The notes under the pieces were generated by a model, which was given only the letters and a program-made list of their open reading frames with translations, searched no databases and had not been told where the DNA came from. Positions 9,567 to 20,955 of a stretch of 64,000 bases of DNA are shown here, piece by piece. The position numbers and the translations under genes were made by a program. Source of the stretch: Fimbriimonadales bacterium (GTDB lineage Bacteria; Armatimonadota; Fimbriimonadia; Fimbriimonadales; Fimbriimonadaceae); the NCBI GenBank assembly GCA_038222255.1, contig JBBRHU010000001.1:8031-72030 (forward strand), read 5' to 3'. Each line of letters opens with the position of its first letter. The stretch's first letter is position 1.

Positions 9567-10655
9567 CTAGGCTGCAAATCTCTTTCGCATATCTGCGGCT
9601 GGCTTCTCGATGAAGCGGAACATCAGGCTGCAGATGGGGAGTGTGATCGCGAACGTCAGCACCGTCAACATCAGCGCGCCTTTCATGCCGGGAGGGAAAG
9701 TCATGCCCTGCTTCAGCACTGTGACCACAACATAGTGAACAAGATAGACACCGTAGGAGATCCGCCCAACCCAAGTCATCACCTTCGAATTCAATACCTT
9801 GAAGGCAATGGAATTCTTCTGCATCATGACGTAGGTGAAGATTGGGAAGAAGCAAAGGCATTGAAGGTCATAGCGGAACGTGTGCCAATACCACTGCCCC
9901 TTATACATCTGGGAAGCTAGCAAGACAACCACTGCGGCTCCGGCGAGCCAACCGTTGTTCAGCTTTTGGGCGCGTCCCTCTTCGAAGTAGGGGTTGACGA
10001 ACATGGCCATGAAGCAACCGAAGAGGATGCTGTCCAGCCGAGTATCCGATCCTCGATTTGCCCACAGATTGTCGAACTCTGTGCTACTGCGTACGACTCC
10101 GATTCTCCAGAGCAACACGACGGCGCAGATGCCAAGCAAAACTCCGGCCTGGGCTTTCGTAGACTTGAGCTTTAAGATCAAGGCAAACGCCAACGGGAAG
10201 ATCAAATAGAAATGCTCTTCAACGCAGAGTGACCAATACACTTCGGTTCCATCCAAGACTGGAAGCTGCGTTCCGCCGAAGATCTGGACATAGTTGGAGA
10301 GGTGTGCATACTGAAGAACCACGGCAGTCGGTACGACAGGTCCATGAAGTATCCCGATGACATTAAGGATTAACGCTACCGTCAAGACAATGTACATCGG
10401 AGGCAGGATTCGAAGACAGCGCCGTATATAGAATTTCTTAAAGCTGATTCCATTTCCCTTTGCAGCTTCTTTTCTGAGAAGTGTAGTAATCAGAAATCCG
10501 CTTAGGAAGAAGAAGATGTTTACGCCGACTGTCCCTGAGGCGAACGCAAAACCACCGTGTGTGAGCACCACCAGCCCGACTGCGACTGCTCGCATCCCGT
10601 CTAGTGATGGAATTACAAACCCGTGGGCTCCCTGATTATTTTGCGCAACCGACAT
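9567..10655 (-). CDS. Acyltransferase family 3 (OafA-like O-acetyltransferase)
   Basis: SLDGMRAVAV; FFFLSGFLIT; FYIRRCLRILP; WSLCVEEHFY; multiple TM helices. Confidence 0.92.
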   Translation of the reverse strand: MSVAQNNQGAHGFVIPSLDGMRAVAVGLVVLTHGGFAFASGTVGVNIFFFLSGFLITTLLRKEAAKGNGISFKKFYIRRCLRILPPMYIVLTVALILNVIGILHGPVVPTAVVLQYAHLSNYVQIFGGTQLPVLDGTEVYWSLCVEEHFYLIFPLAFALILKLKSTKAQAGVLLGICAVVLLWRIGVVRSSTEFDNLWANRGSDTRLDSILFGCFMAMFVNPYFEEGRAQKLNNGWLAGAAVVVLLASQMYKGQWYWHTFRYDLQCLCFFPIFTYVMMQKNSIAFKVLNSKVMTWVGRISYGVYLVHYVVVTVLKQGMTFPPGMKGALMLTVLTFAITLPICSLMFRFIEKPAADMRKRFAA

Positions 10656-10691
10656 CGGGTTTATATTACCAACACGAAAGGGCGTAGACGG

Positions 10692-10717
10692 CTAGTTGCC
10701 ACAAACGTGGCAACTAG
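10692..10717. terminator. Hairpin, probable terminator of the kinase gene
   Basis: CTAGTTGCCAC-AAAC-GTGGCAACTAG, perfect 11-bp stem. Confidence 0.55.
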
Positions 10718-10760
10718 ATTTTGAAGAGATAAGATTCGTTCAAATGCAATCCAGCGCGGA

Positions 10761-11744
10761 TTACATGATCTGCGGGATCTGGTTCAATTCTGCCAGTCGA
10801 GGACCAAATTGGCCGACAACCTGAGATGAAGCGTAGGAGGCGACTCGTCCGATGTGCTCGGTTCTCCAGCCTTGGGTCATGCCGTATAGTGCTGCGCCTG
10901 CGAAAGCATCGCCAGCGCCGGTCGTGTCGACTGCATTAACAAGGAAGGGCTCGATTTCGTGTAACTTTCCTTCCTTAGCAATGATCGATCCCTTGGAACC
11001 CATTGTGATCATGATGTTGCTCACATTTGAAGTAAGCGTCTTGATCGCAGCCACAGTGTCTTCTTCACCCGTGAGCGAAGTGACTTCAGCCGCGTTTCCA
11101 AAGAGTACATCGACGTGCTCGTGGATCAACTCAAGGAAGTCAGCCTTGTTTCGATCAACGCAGAAGGTGTCAGACAGGCTAAGTGCAACCTGAACCCCCG
11201 CCTTTTTCGCTTCGTGCATCGCTGCTCGAACAGCTTCCTTTTGGGTCTCTGTATCCCAAAGGTATCCGGTGAGATAGAGATACTTGCTGTTGCGCAGGTC
11301 GTCCCAGCGAATGTGATCCACGCTGAGCTGAGTTGATGCGCCCAGGTAGGTGCACATGGTTCGCTCGGAGTCAGGGGTCACAAGGACGACGCAGATCCCA
11401 GTCGCACCTTCAACCACTCCAAGATTCGGCTTGACGCCCTTTTCCAGCAGGCTGTTGTGGTACATCGTTGCATGATCGTCAATCCCAACGCAACCGGTGT
11501 AGCAAGCCTTACCGCCCAGCATCGACACCATGATCATGGTGTTCGCGCCTGAACCACCAGATTCCGCGTTTACGAGCGACTCGTAGACGCTGGCGACAAT
11601 CTTTCGCTGCTCTTCATCTGAAACCAAGAGGGTTGAACCCTTGGCGTAACCGAACTGATGAAGAACGCTGTCAGAGACCTCCGCCTGAAGGTCGAACAGC
11701 GGGTTACACATTCCATACACGTCAAAGTTGGACATTCTGCTCAC
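10761..11744 (-). CDS. PfkB-family kinase, adenosine kinase-like
   Basis: NPLFD; SGGSGANT; ERTMCTYLGA; DTTGAGDAF. Confidence 0.85.
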   Translation of the reverse strand: MSRMSNFDVYGMCNPLFDLQAEVSDSVLHQFGYAKGSTLLVSDEEQRKIVASVYESLVNAESGGSGANTMIMVSMLGGKACYTGCVGIDDHATMYHNSLLEKGVKPNLGVVEGATGICVVLVTPDSERTMCTYLGASTQLSVDHIRWDDLRNSKYLYLTGYLWDTETQKEAVRAAMHEAKKAGVQVALSLSDTFCVDRNKADFLELIHEHVDVLFGNAAEVTSLTGEEDTVAAIKTLTSNVSNIMITMGSKGSIIAKEGKLHEIEPFLVNAVDTTGAGDAFAGAALYGMTQGWRTEHIGRVASYASSQVVGQFGPRLAELNQIPQIM

Positions 11745-11830
11745 TGCGGCATCACAAACAAATGCTCGGAAGCTAGTATTATGATCGATCCACAGGTTGA
11801 CACCCCGGGCACTCTTTGGGGAGTAATCCT

Positions 11831-12910
11831 CTAATCCGCGAGTTCTCGCACTGCTTGTGCAATCTCTTTAACACGCTGGGCGTCTCCCTTTGGGCAGACA
11901 AACATCGCGTGCTTGGTGTTCACCACAAGCATCCCGTGCATGCCAAGCACTCCAATTTTCACGTCGGCACTATCATTAAAGACAATGCAGTTGCTCGACT
12001 CGAGTACGGCCGCTGGACCCTGAATGACATTGCCATTGGCGTCTGGCTCGATCGATCTAGCCAAGGCGTCCCACGATCCAACATCATCCCATGGGAAGTT
12101 CGCGGGCACCATGTGTACTCTGGAAGCTTTCTCCATGACCGCAAAGTCAAACGAGATGCTCGTAAGTTTGTGAAAAGTATGCTCGGCTCGCTGGGCATCA
12201 TCATCTCGAAAGGCTCGTGCGATCTCCGTGAAGATATGAAACGCCTCGGGTTGGCATTGCTCAAGTGCCTCCAAAAAGCTTGAGATTTTGAAGAAGAACA
12301 TTCCCGCGTTCCACGAAAAGGAAGGATCAGCGATGAACTCCAACGCAGTGGGAAGGTCCGGCTTTTCACGAAACCGCTTGATGCTGTAGCAGACGGCGTT
12401 TCCTGGTCCATTGATCGCCGTCTCCATATCTGCCTCAAGGTAGCCAAACCCTGTATCGGGCCGAATGGGGGGGATACCGATCGTGACTAAACTGTCGAGT
12501 TCCTCGGCCGCCCAAAACGCTGATTCAACCGTCGCTCGGAACTTTTCCGGCTGCTCAATTTTGTGATCCGCCGTCAAAATTGCAATTGTATGTTCGCTCA
12601 GACCTCTGTTCACTAGGGAAGCCACAACCCAGATCAAGGCGCCAAGTGTGTTTCGCTTCGCGGGCTCAGCGAGCACGTGATCCTTTGGCACGACATTGAT
12701 TTCGGAGATCGGGCCGCTTAATGCCACCGAGGTGCTCACGAAGACGTTATCAGCCCCCACAGTTGGCACGATCCGCAGCACGGCCTCCTCCAGCATGTTT
12801 CTTGTTGGATGAGTAAGCCGTAGAAGCTGTTTTGGTCTCTCTGGCGTGGAGACTGGCCAAAACCTTTCCCCAGATCCTCCAGCCATGATAACGGCAAGAC
12901 GCGAGCTCAT
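11831..12910 (-). CDS. manC: Mannose-1-phosphate guanylyltransferase
   Basis: IMAGGSGERFWPVS; PKQ; EPAKRNT; FREKP; WNAGMF; WDDVGSW. Confidence 0.92.
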   Translation of the reverse strand: MSSRLAVIMAGGSGERFWPVSTPERPKQLLRLTHPTRNMLEEAVLRIVPTVGADNVFVSTSVALSGPISEINVVPKDHVLAEPAKRNTLGALIWVVASLVNRGLSEHTIAILTADHKIEQPEKFRATVESAFWAAEELDSLVTIGIPPIRPDTGFGYLEADMETAINGPGNAVCYSIKRFREKPDLPTALEFIADPSFSWNAGMFFFKISSFLEALEQCQPEAFHIFTEIARAFRDDDAQRAEHTFHKLTSISFDFAVMEKASRVHMVPANFPWDDVGSWDALARSIEPDANGNVIQGPAAVLESSNCIVFNDSADVKIGVLGMHGMLVVNTKHAMFVCPKGDAQRVKEIAQAVRELAD

Positions 12911-12967
12911 ATCAGTATTGTGCTTTGATTCTCATCAGCAGGAGGCAAATGAACTACTTCTGAAAGT

Positions 12968-14272
12968 TCAGGACGCAGGCTCAAGGATTTTGGCAGTAGC
13001 GTTGATGCTCGTAAATTCTGGAGATGGCCAACGAGCCCCGGCAAGTGCAGCAATGGCAAGTCCCCATAGCTCAAAGCTATTTGAAAGTGAGCCTGACGTA
13101 AGGCTCTGCCAGAAATAGACATAAAACAGTGCCGTGATCAAGCTAAGCCGACCTCTGGTGACCTGCTGAAAACTACTGAACAAGCAAAACGCCATGAAGA
13201 CGACATAGAAGGCTAGCAATAGGATTCCGCCCACCATTAAGCATTCTACGAACACGTTGTGAGGATAGGGAATATCGCCATTCACAAATATGCTTCGACC
13301 AAAAAAGGGATTCTTCCAAAAGTGATCTAGCGCTTCTTCAAAAAAGTTTATTCGGAGAGTTCCAGTAGCGTTTGCGCTGTCTTCGGAGCCAAACGCAGTT
13401 GTAAATCGGCTGAAGGATTTGAAGCCAAACGCGAACTCAGAAACAATAAGCGTCACAACAAGTAGCGCTGGCGTAATCAAGCTCCCCAGCGCAATCCAAC
13501 GGCGCCTTTTCACTCTATCGCCAGTTTGAGAAAACCATGCGCCGATAAAGATCGTGGCGATTCCAACAAGGAGACTCAAGATCGGGCCCTTTGAGGCCGA
13601 GCCACCCAGAAGGAAAAGGGACAATACGATTACAGGTACCGCCAGTAATCGCGTTCCGATCCGAACAGATTTTCGCGGCTCGTCAGAGACCACGAGGAAG
13701 ATCATCGCTGTACAAATGCCAACTGCAAGGTAGCCAATTCCGATCGGGTTAGCGGTGCCGGCCGCAAGTCGCCCTGTGCCTACAAGGTAGGCAGCATCAG
13801 ACTCCGACAGCGAGTTCACCGCCATGAGCAAGAGCCCGCCTGCGAAGGTTCCGTATCCAACGATCAGCCAAGCCAGATATTTCTCAAGCGCATCCGGGAT
13901 TGGCTTCAGAAAGGCCAGGGCTGGAATCACACAGATGAATAGTGTGTAAAGAGCGTATTGCGTGGTATCGATTGTGGTCGGAACTTCCATGACGTAAATG
14001 TCATAGAAGAGCCGCATGATATAAATGCCCCAAATCCCCCCAAACACGCTGATGAGTGTTTGGTCTAGTTTTGATAGCTTGGACACGACTTTGAATCCCG
14101 TCCACAAAAATGGGAGGGACGCAAGACAGATGAGTGCCCGGTAGGGCACTGAGATCAAACGGTTATCTTGGGTTACAAAGGGCGTGATGCTGGAGATTAT
14201 TGGAAATCCAATAAGCAACAGCATCAACAGATATGCCTGTGCTTTCGCAGGCTCTATCTTGCGCTTTTTCAT
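12968..14272 (-). CDS. O-antigen polymerase/ligase-family membrane protein (Wzy-like)
   Basis: About ten or more TM helices; SxSKG motif; periplasmic loop with YPHNVF. Confidence 0.75.
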   Translation of the reverse strand: MKKRKIEPAKAQAYLLMLLLIGFPIISSITPFVTQDNRLISVPYRALICLASLPFLWTGFKVVSKLSKLDQTLISVFGGIWGIYIMRLFYDIYVMEVPTTIDTTQYALYTLFICVIPALAFLKPIPDALEKYLAWLIVGYGTFAGGLLLMAVNSLSESDAAYLVGTGRLAAGTANPIGIGYLAVGICTAMIFLVVSDEPRKSVRIGTRLLAVPVIVLSLFLLGGSASKGPILSLLVGIATIFIGAWFSQTGDRVKRRRWIALGSLITPALLVVTLIVSEFAFGFKSFSRFTTAFGSEDSANATGTLRINFFEEALDHFWKNPFFGRSIFVNGDIPYPHNVFVECLMVGGILLLAFYVVFMAFCLFSSFQQVTRGRLSLITALFYVYFWQSLTSGSLSNSFELWGLAIAALAGARWPSPEFTSINATAKILEPAS

Positions 14273-15456
14273 TGTTTGGAACCGACGAGAAACTTCAGAG
14301 CCTTAATGACCATGAAGACCGTAACATAAAGGCCCATAAAGAGACCGGCATACTTGATCAACCTCTCTGAGAGACCTTGTTGCTCCTTCACGTAAGGAGC
14401 GTCTAAGACTGCGTAGTTGATCGCGCGATTGATTGCCGCAGTTCTGGCCTTTTCGTAATCGGTTCGAAGCCCCTTAAGCACCGCGCCGAGAGAGTCCACT
14501 TCTCTCCGCAGGACCGTCATTTGCTGCGATTCTGAAGCAGAGTTTTTGGCGAGCAACTTCGCTTGATCAAGTTCCATCGACACGACAAGTAGCTCGTAGT
14601 TCGCTTTGGCAATTGAGGGCTCCAACTGAGATTCAATAGCATTCTTATAAGTCGCGATGCTTTCATCAAGGCTCAATCGCGTGAGCTTGACCTTCTCCTT
14701 TAGAAACTGAACTCGTGCGGCAGTCGGTGCCATTGAGATTTCAGTCTCTCGAAGGGATGAGAGTGCCTCAAGATAGGCACGGCGTTTGCCATTAAGGACA
14801 GAGTCAGATGAGTCAAATGAGTCTGCGATCTTGGCGGATTGTCTCGCAATAGATAACGCGGATTGATACTTGCCCTTTGCTAGTTCGAGTGCTCCAGTGA
14901 GCGAAAGAACTCTAGCACGTGCCACTTCAGGCTCAAGCGCAGACGAGAATGTCTCCTGGAATACCTTGAGCTTATCCTGGGCGATGTCGAGTTCTGCCTG
15001 GCGCTCGTCAATGAGCTTTTTCAGCAATTCCGCCTGTTGCGTCCCCAACATGTAGCTAAGCTGTCCGGTTTCCAGCCCCAAATACTCAATCTGCTTGTTG
15101 AGAATGGTGACCCCTTCCTTCGGGTCTGTCGTCCTAATAGACATCTCAAGACGCAGCTCCTTGTTGATAGGTTTGAGCTGAATCAAGGTGCGCAGCGCAC
15201 TTTCAGACCGTTTGGTGGCCTTCTCAACCTTCGCAAGGCAAGCGTGACTCTCAAGGATTCCTTTTAGAATGTGAATCGGTGATGGTGCATCTGGAGAGAA
15301 TCCTCCCTTGATCGAATCTCCAGAATCAGCAATGTTGGGCGAGAGCATGATCGATGCAAAAGCAGTGCTCTGGCTCGGCTGGGCCATGCCGTATACGGCA
15401 CCTAGTGCGATTGCAACGGTGGCGCCAACCGCGATTTTAATGATTTCTTTTGCCAT
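14269..15456 (-). CDS. Polysaccharide co-polymerase / chain-length determinant (Wzz/GumC-like)
   Basis: TM helix at each end with a long coiled-coil between; VLDAP before the C-terminal TM; coupled to the wzy-like gene. Confidence 0.65.
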   Translation of the reverse strand: MAKEIIKIAVGATVAIALGAVYGMAQPSQSTAFASIMLSPNIADSGDSIKGGFSPDAPSPIHILKGILESHACLAKVEKATKRSESALRTLIQLKPINKELRLEMSIRTTDPKEGVTILNKQIEYLGLETGQLSYMLGTQQAELLKKLIDERQAELDIAQDKLKVFQETFSSALEPEVARARVLSLTGALELAKGKYQSALSIARQSAKIADSFDSSDSVLNGKRRAYLEALSSLRETEISMAPTAARVQFLKEKVKLTRLSLDESIATYKNAIESQLEPSIAKANYELLVVSMELDQAKLLAKNSASESQQMTVLRREVDSLGAVLKGLRTDYEKARTAAINRAINYAVLDAPYVKEQQGLSERLIKYAGLFMGLYVTVFMVIKALKFLVGSKQ

Positions 15457-15515
15457 CTGTTTGTTAAGTCACCTTACTGTCCGGCACTTGACTTTGCCAA
15501 GCGCCGACGCTGCTT

Positions 15516-16562
15516 CTATCCTTTCTTCGAATCATCCTTCGCTCTCGCTTTGAGATTGGCAATCCACTGTTGGTTCTGCTGATACCAAGCTACGGTTTCT
15601 GCGATGCCTTCCCTAAATGCCTTGGTTGGTGCCCAATCAAGTTCTCTCTGCGCTCGTTCGATATTCATTGCATATCGAAGATCGTGTCCAAGTCGGTCAG
15701 TCACATAAGTGATCAAGGACTCGGGCTTCCCGAGGATGCTCAGAATGGTCTTGATGACGTCAATATTCTGGTGCTCCTCAAGACCGCCGAGGTTATAAAC
15801 TTCGCCCGGGGTTCCCTTGCTCAAGACTGCAGCCACTCCGAGTGAGTGGTCATCTACGTAGATCCAATCTCGAATGTTCGTGCCTTGCCCATAGACTGGT
15901 ATCGGCTTATCTTCCATCGCGTTGGAGATCACCACTGGGATTAACTTCTCAGGATACTGGAACGGGCCGTAGTTGTTCGAGCATCGCGTAATGAGCACCG
16001 GGAAGTGGTACGTCTCAAAGTAGGCTCTGGCGATGAGATCTGACCCGGCCTTACTGGCTGAATACGGGCTGTTCGGGGCGATGGGCGTCGTCTCTTCGAA
16101 TGCCGGATCTTCATTGGTGAGCGATCCGTAAACCTCATCGGTTGAAACGTGAAGGAATCTTTGGACACTGTTTCGACTTGCAACGCGAAGCATCACTTCG
16201 GTGCCGAGCACGTTCGTCAACAAGAACTGTGTCGGGTTTTCGATACTTCGATCAACGTGGGATTCTGCAGCGAAGTGGACTACTGCATCGACTGGTCTTC
16301 CAAAAGCTGAATGCGCCTGATCAAAAGCCGCCTGAACTTCGGCCTCATCAACGATGTCTCCCTTAAAGAAAGAGTATCGAGGGGAGTTTTCAAGGGAAGC
16401 AAGGTTTTCGAGATTACCGGCGTAAGTGAGCTTATCGAGGTTGAGGATGCAGAGATGTGGATTCTGAGCAATCATCAAACGAACAAAGCTGCTACCGATA
16501 AACCCGGCAGCTCCAGTCACGAGAATGACCTTCTTTTCTGAACTGAAGTCGAACTGTATCAC
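15516..16562 (-). CDS. rfbB: dTDP-glucose 4,6-dehydratase
   Basis: GAAGFIG; LDKLTYAGN; HFAAESHVDRSI; STDEVYG; PYSASK; DRLGHDLRY. Confidence 0.97.
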   Translation of the reverse strand: MIQFDFSSEKKVILVTGAAGFIGSSFVRLMIAQNPHLCILNLDKLTYAGNLENLASLENSPRYSFFKGDIVDEAEVQAAFDQAHSAFGRPVDAVVHFAAESHVDRSIENPTQFLLTNVLGTEVMLRVASRNSVQRFLHVSTDEVYGSLTNEDPAFEETTPIAPNSPYSASKAGSDLIARAYFETYHFPVLITRCSNNYGPFQYPEKLIPVVISNAMEDKPIPVYGQGTNIRDWIYVDDHSLGVAAVLSKGTPGEVYNLGGLEEHQNIDVIKTILSILGKPESLITYVTDRLGHDLRYAMNIERAQRELDWAPTKAFREGIAETVAWYQQNQQWIANLKARAKDDSKKG

Positions 16563-16567
16563 TGTGC

Positions 16568-17452
16568 TTATCCAATCTCCATTGGCGGCTCGTTTGCGAT
16601 TCGGTGTAGATATTGCCCGTACTCGCTCTTACCAAACATGTGAGCGCGAGTCAGGAGTTGCTCTCGATTAATCAAGCCGTTGTTGTATGCAATCTCTTCA
16701 AGGCAAGCGATTTTGACGTCCTGAAGCTCCTCAACTGTCGAAACGAAGATACTCGCTCTCAAGAGCGATTCGTGGGTGCCGGTGTCAAGCCAGGCCGTTC
16801 CCCGACCAATCTTTTGGGCGTAGAGCGTGCCCTTCTCTAGATACAGTCGATTGAGGTCGGTGATTTCGAGTTCGTTGCGCAAAGAGGGTTTAACTTGCGC
16901 TGCCAGTTCGCAGACGTCTCGGTCATAAAAGTACAACCCAACCGCCGCGTAATCAGACTTAGGATGTTGGGGTTTTTCCTCGATCGACAACACTCGATCG
17001 CCTTCCCCAAACTCAATCACGCCGTATCGATGCGGATCCTTTACTCGGTACCCAAAGATCGTGGCGCCTTCAGTGATCTGAGTGCATTCCTTGAGCATGC
17101 TCGTCAAGCCGTTACTGTAGAAGATGTTATCGCCTAAGATCAGACAAGCTGAGTCGCCATCTAAAAAGTCTTTACCTATCAGAAATGCCTGCGCAAGGCC
17201 GTCTGGGGATGGCTGCTCAGCATACTGAAGCCGAATACCAAAAGCACTTCCATCCCCCAACAGATTTCGGAACGACGGCAAATCTGTTGGTGTAGAAATG
17301 ATCAGAATGTCTTCTAGCCCTGCAAGCATCAGGGTTGAAAGCGGATAGAAAATCATCGGCTTGCCACCTATGGGAAGCAACTGCTTGGAAACGATTTGGG
17401 TCGCTGGGAATAGGCGAGTTCCACTGCCACCGGCAAGAATAATTCCTTTCAT
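16568..17452 (-). CDS. rfbA: Glucose-1-phosphate thymidylyltransferase
   Basis: [14 protein letters not shown]; SKQLLP; ELEITD; WLDTGT. Confidence 0.97.
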   Translation of the reverse strand: MKGIILAGGSGTRLFPATQIVSKQLLPIGGKPMIFYPLSTLMLAGLEDILIISTPTDLPSFRNLLGDGSAFGIRLQYAEQPSPDGLAQAFLIGKDFLDGDSACLILGDNIFYSNGLTSMLKECTQITEGATIFGYRVKDPHRYGVIEFGEGDRVLSIEEKPQHPKSDYAAVGLYFYDRDVCELAAQVKPSLRNELEITDLNRLYLEKGTLYAQKIGRGTAWLDTGTHESLLRASIFVSTVEELQDVKIACLEEIAYNNGLINREQLLTRAHMFGKSEYGQYLHRIANEPPMEIG

Positions 17453-17660
17453 AACGTGGGCCTTGACGCTTGAACGGAGTATATCCTTTCATCGCTCTGG
17501 TTCGACGAGCGTGAGTTTGAGGTAAGGCCTTTGACTTTTTGACCCATGAGTATGTCTTGAAGTGGTTCGGATCTAAGACTTTCTTCCATGCCGCGTCCCC
17601 AAATCCAATGTGCTGAATCGAGCCAGCTTGGTCACGTTGGGCTAATATCATGTTTGGCTT

Positions 17661-18611
17661 ATGACAATTTTGCTCACTGGCGCAGCCGGTTTTCTTGGAA
17701 GTAATTTGACTGATCGGCTCATCGCAGATGGGCATGATGTTATCGGAGTAGACAACCTATGCACCGGTGACGCAAGGAATCTGAGTCACTTAAAGGATCA
17801 TCCGCAGTTCCGGTTCATCGAACACGACGCCACATTGCCGCTCTCAGAAGAACAACTAAATGGTCAAGAGCTCGATTGGGTCATGCACTTTGCTAGCCCC
17901 GCGTCTCCGCCGAAATATTTGAAGCTTGCGATTGAAACACTTCGAGTCAATTCCGAGGGCACGTACCACCTTCTTGAGCTGACGAAGAAGCACCAGGCGA
18001 GTTTCTTCATCGCGAGCACGAGTGAGTGCTACGGTGATCCTGAGATCCACCCCCAACCAGAATCGTACTGGGGCAACGTCAACCCGATTGGACCACGAAG
18101 TGTATACGACGAGGCCAAGCGATATGCTGAATCCATTACTGCGCTGTACAACCGAGATTTTGGTGTTTCAATCCGGCACATTCGAATCTTCAACACGTAT
18201 GGTCCTCGAATGGACCCTGACGATGGGCGAATCGTCACCAACTTCATCAACCAAGCCCTTCGAGGTCAAGACCTTACGATCTTTGGCGATGGTTCTCAAA
18301 CGCGAAGCTTTCAGTACGTCGATGACCTGGTCGAAGGGATTGTTCGGCTCATGGCCGTTGAATACCATGGCCCTGTCAATCTCGGGAACCCTGAGGAGTA
18401 CACCGTGCTGGAATTTGCCGAACTGATCAACGAAGCGATGGGCGGACAACACAAGATCGTTTTCCATCCGCTCCCTCAAGACGATCCCAAACGCCGACGC
18501 CCAGATAATTCCCTCGCGAAACGGCTGCTTGACTGGGAGCCGAAGGTGCCCGTTCGTGAGGGTGTTCAACGCACCATCGAATACTTCACGAAGCTCCAAA
18601 GTGAGCGGTAG
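17661..18611 (+). CDS. UDP-glucuronate decarboxylase (UDP-xylose synthase)
   Basis: ASPASP; STSECYGDP; [19 protein letters not shown]; [10 protein letters not shown]; DDPKRRRPD. Confidence 0.93.
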   Translation: MTILLTGAAGFLGSNLTDRLIADGHDVIGVDNLCTGDARNLSHLKDHPQFRFIEHDATLPLSEEQLNGQELDWVMHFASPASPPKYLKLAIETLRVNSEGTYHLLELTKKHQASFFIASTSECYGDPEIHPQPESYWGNVNPIGPRSVYDEAKRYAESITALYNRDFGVSIRHIRIFNTYGPRMDPDDGRIVTNFINQALRGQDLTIFGDGSQTRSFQYVDDLVEGIVRLMAVEYHGPVNLGNPEEYTVLEFAELINEAMGGQHKIVFHPLPQDDPKRRRPDNSLAKRLLDWEPKVPVREGVQRTIEYFTKLQSER

Positions 18612-18620
18612 CAAACAATA

Positions 18621-18651
18621 AATCCGACGATGGAGTCTCCATCGTCGGATT
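18621..18651. terminator. Bidirectional terminator hairpin between convergent genes
   Basis: AATCCGACGATGGAG-T-CTCCATCGTCGGATT, perfect 15-bp inverted repeat between two stop codons. Confidence 0.7.
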
Positions 18652-18661
18652 AGGTGAAGCC

Positions 18662-20020
18662 TTAGCCGCGAATCAGCGCGAGCAATTCTTCCGTCTTCTG
18701 CTGCATCAAAGCAACATCACCCCGAGTTTCGACATTGAGCCGAATGACAGGTTCGGTGTTTGAACCACGAAGGTTGAATCTCCAGGTTGGGAACTCGACG
18801 CTGAGACCATCGATCTTCGTCACGACGCCATGCGCGTACAACTCCTCAACCTTTGCAATGACACCTTTCACGTCTTCAACATGAGAGTTCACTTCGCCCG
18901 AGCAAGGGTATTTCGCCATCATGTCGCGAACGAGTTCACCTAACGACTTGCCGGTCTTGCCCATGAGTTTGAGAGTGAGCAACATCGGAATCATTCCGCT
19001 GTCGCAATACCAGTGGCTCTTGAAATAGTGATGTGCGCTCATTTCGCCACCGTAAATGGCTTTCTCGGCACGCATCTTTTCTTTGATGAACGCATGTCCA
19101 GACTTGCACATTACGGCTCGACCACCCATCTGCTCGACGATCTCAAGCGTGTTCCAGGTTAGCCGAGGATCATAGATGATCGTTGCACCCGGGTTATCCT
19201 GCAGTAGTGCCTGAGCGAGGAGCCCAACAAGGTAATAGCCTTCAATAAAGAGGCCGGTCTCATCGAAGAAGAAGCATCGGTCATAGTCTCCGTCCCATGC
19301 GACTCCAAGGTCGTAGCCGCCCTTTTTCATCTCGGCTTCGATTGGGGCTCTGCTTTCTTCGAGAATCGGGTTAGGTACGCCGTGCGGGAAGTGGCCGTCT
19401 GGTTCAAACATCATCCGCGTGACTTCAATGGGCAAGTGCGGGCTAAGGGCATCCATCGCAATACCGGCTGCACCGTTGCCTGGACAGGCCAAAACCTTGA
19501 ATGCTTTGAGTTCGGACGCAGGGCAGACATTGAGAAGGTGCTGAATGAATTCTGGATAAGCATCCTTCGTCTCGTTAGCGGCAGCCTCGATATTTGGCAA
19601 CTCGATTCTGTTTGCCAGGAGATCTGCCGCCGTCTTCTCAATGTCGTTTAGACCAGTGTCTCCACTGATGGGTCGGCTCTCCGACCGCACCATCTTCATG
19701 CCGTTGTATTCGGGAGGGTTGTGGCTTGCGGTGATCATCACGCCACCGTCCAGCTCATAGAACGCGGTGGCGAAGTAGACCATTTCAGTGCCGATGAGCC
19801 CGAGATCAACCACCGAGCAACCGCCCTCATTGAGCCCCTTTGTCAGCGCAACTGCGAGCTCTGGTCCACTGAGTCGAATGTCGTAGCCAACACACACCTT
19901 TTTGGCATTAGTGTGGTGGGCATAGGCTTTGCCGATCGCATATGCAATCTCGGGATTGAGTTCTGACGGCACCTTGCCACGAACATCATAAGCCTTGAAA
20001 CACGCGAGAAACTCACCCAT
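18662..20020 (-). CDS. manB: Phosphomannomutase
   Basis: FKAYDVRG; TASHNP; DGDYDR; GEMSAH; RGSNTEP. Confidence 0.93.
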   Translation of the reverse strand: MGEFLACFKAYDVRGKVPSELNPEIAYAIGKAYAHHTNAKKVCVGYDIRLSGPELAVALTKGLNEGGCSVVDLGLIGTEMVYFATAFYELDGGVMITASHNPPEYNGMKMVRSESRPISGDTGLNDIEKTAADLLANRIELPNIEAAANETKDAYPEFIQHLLNVCPASELKAFKVLACPGNGAAGIAMDALSPHLPIEVTRMMFEPDGHFPHGVPNPILEESRAPIEAEMKKGGYDLGVAWDGDYDRCFFFDETGLFIEGYYLVGLLAQALLQDNPGATIIYDPRLTWNTLEIVEQMGGRAVMCKSGHAFIKEKMRAEKAIYGGEMSAHHYFKSHWYCDSGMIPMLLTLKLMGKTGKSLGELVRDMMAKYPCSGEVNSHVEDVKGVIAKVEELYAHGVVTKIDGLSVEFPTWRFNLRGSNTEPVIRLNVETRGDVALMQQKTEELLALIRG

Positions 20021-20091
20021 GACGTAAAGCTACCCGAAGCTAAAGCGGTTCTTCACTCACTTAATGTTCGGGTTGCGAATGAGGATTCGAA

Positions 20092-20955
20092 CTAGTGCTG
20101 AAGGCTCCAATACACCACTCGAGTTGCGAGCGATTTGTTAAGAGTGTAGAAGTGAATGCCAGGAGCACCCTTATCTAGCAATTCGCGACATTGTCGTGTT
20201 GCCCACTCGATCCCAGTCGCCATCACCGCCTGATCGTCTTCTCTCACTCGGTTGAGTCGGAGGAGCAAGTCCTCAGGAATCGTTGCACCACACATCGAGG
20301 TGAACCGCTCAACCTGGCTCACGTTTGTCACCGGCATGATTCCTGGAACGATCGGAACGGTTACGCCTAGCGCCCGTGCTCGGTCAACAAATGCGAAATA
20401 GGCCGCATTGTCAAAGAATAACTGAGTCACCAAGAATCCGGCTCCGGCATTCACTTTGGTGACGAGGTGTGACAGGTCTGCTTCCTTGTCTGGGTTCTCA
20501 GGATGCCCTTCCGGATAGCAAGCGCCGCCAATGCAAAACTTTCCAGTCTGATTAACGAACTCGGTCAATTCAGATGCGTAGGCGAAACCGTTTTCTACGG
20601 CAATGAAACTGTCGTCTCCCTTTGGAGGGTCGCCTCTCAGGGCCAAGATATTCTCAACCCCAACATCTTCGAGCCGATTCAGCACATCCTGAATCTCGCC
20701 TCGCTCATGTCCCACGCACGTGAGATGCGCCATAGCTTCGATCCCGATCTTGTTTTTGATATGGGATGCCACTTCAACGCTAGTGTCTCGGGAGCTTCCT
20801 CCTGCCCCGTAGGTTACAGAGACAAAGTCGGGGTTAAGCTCGGCCAGATGCTCAATCGTCGAGTAGAGCTTTTCAATTCCTGCCTCAGTCTTTGGAGGAA
20901 AGAACTCGAACGAAAAAACAGGGCCTGGCTTTGAAAATCGATCAACTATGCGCAT
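20092..20955 (-). CDS. metF: 5,10-methylenetetrahydrofolate reductase
   Basis: SFEFFPPK; SVTYGAGG; AHLTCV; ALRGDPP; YPEGHP; TQLFF; HFYTLN. Confidence 0.97.
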   Translation of the reverse strand: MRIVDRFSKPGPVFSFEFFPPKTEAGIEKLYSTIEHLAELNPDFVSVTYGAGGSSRDTSVEVASHIKNKIGIEAMAHLTCVGHERGEIQDVLNRLEDVGVENILALRGDPPKGDDSFIAVENGFAYASELTEFVNQTGKFCIGGACYPEGHPENPDKEADLSHLVTKVNAGAGFLVTQLFFDNAAYFAFVDRARALGVTVPIVPGIMPVTNVSQVERFTSMCGATIPEDLLLRLNRVREDDQAVMATGIEWATRQCRELLDKGAPGIHFYTLNKSLATRVVYWSLQH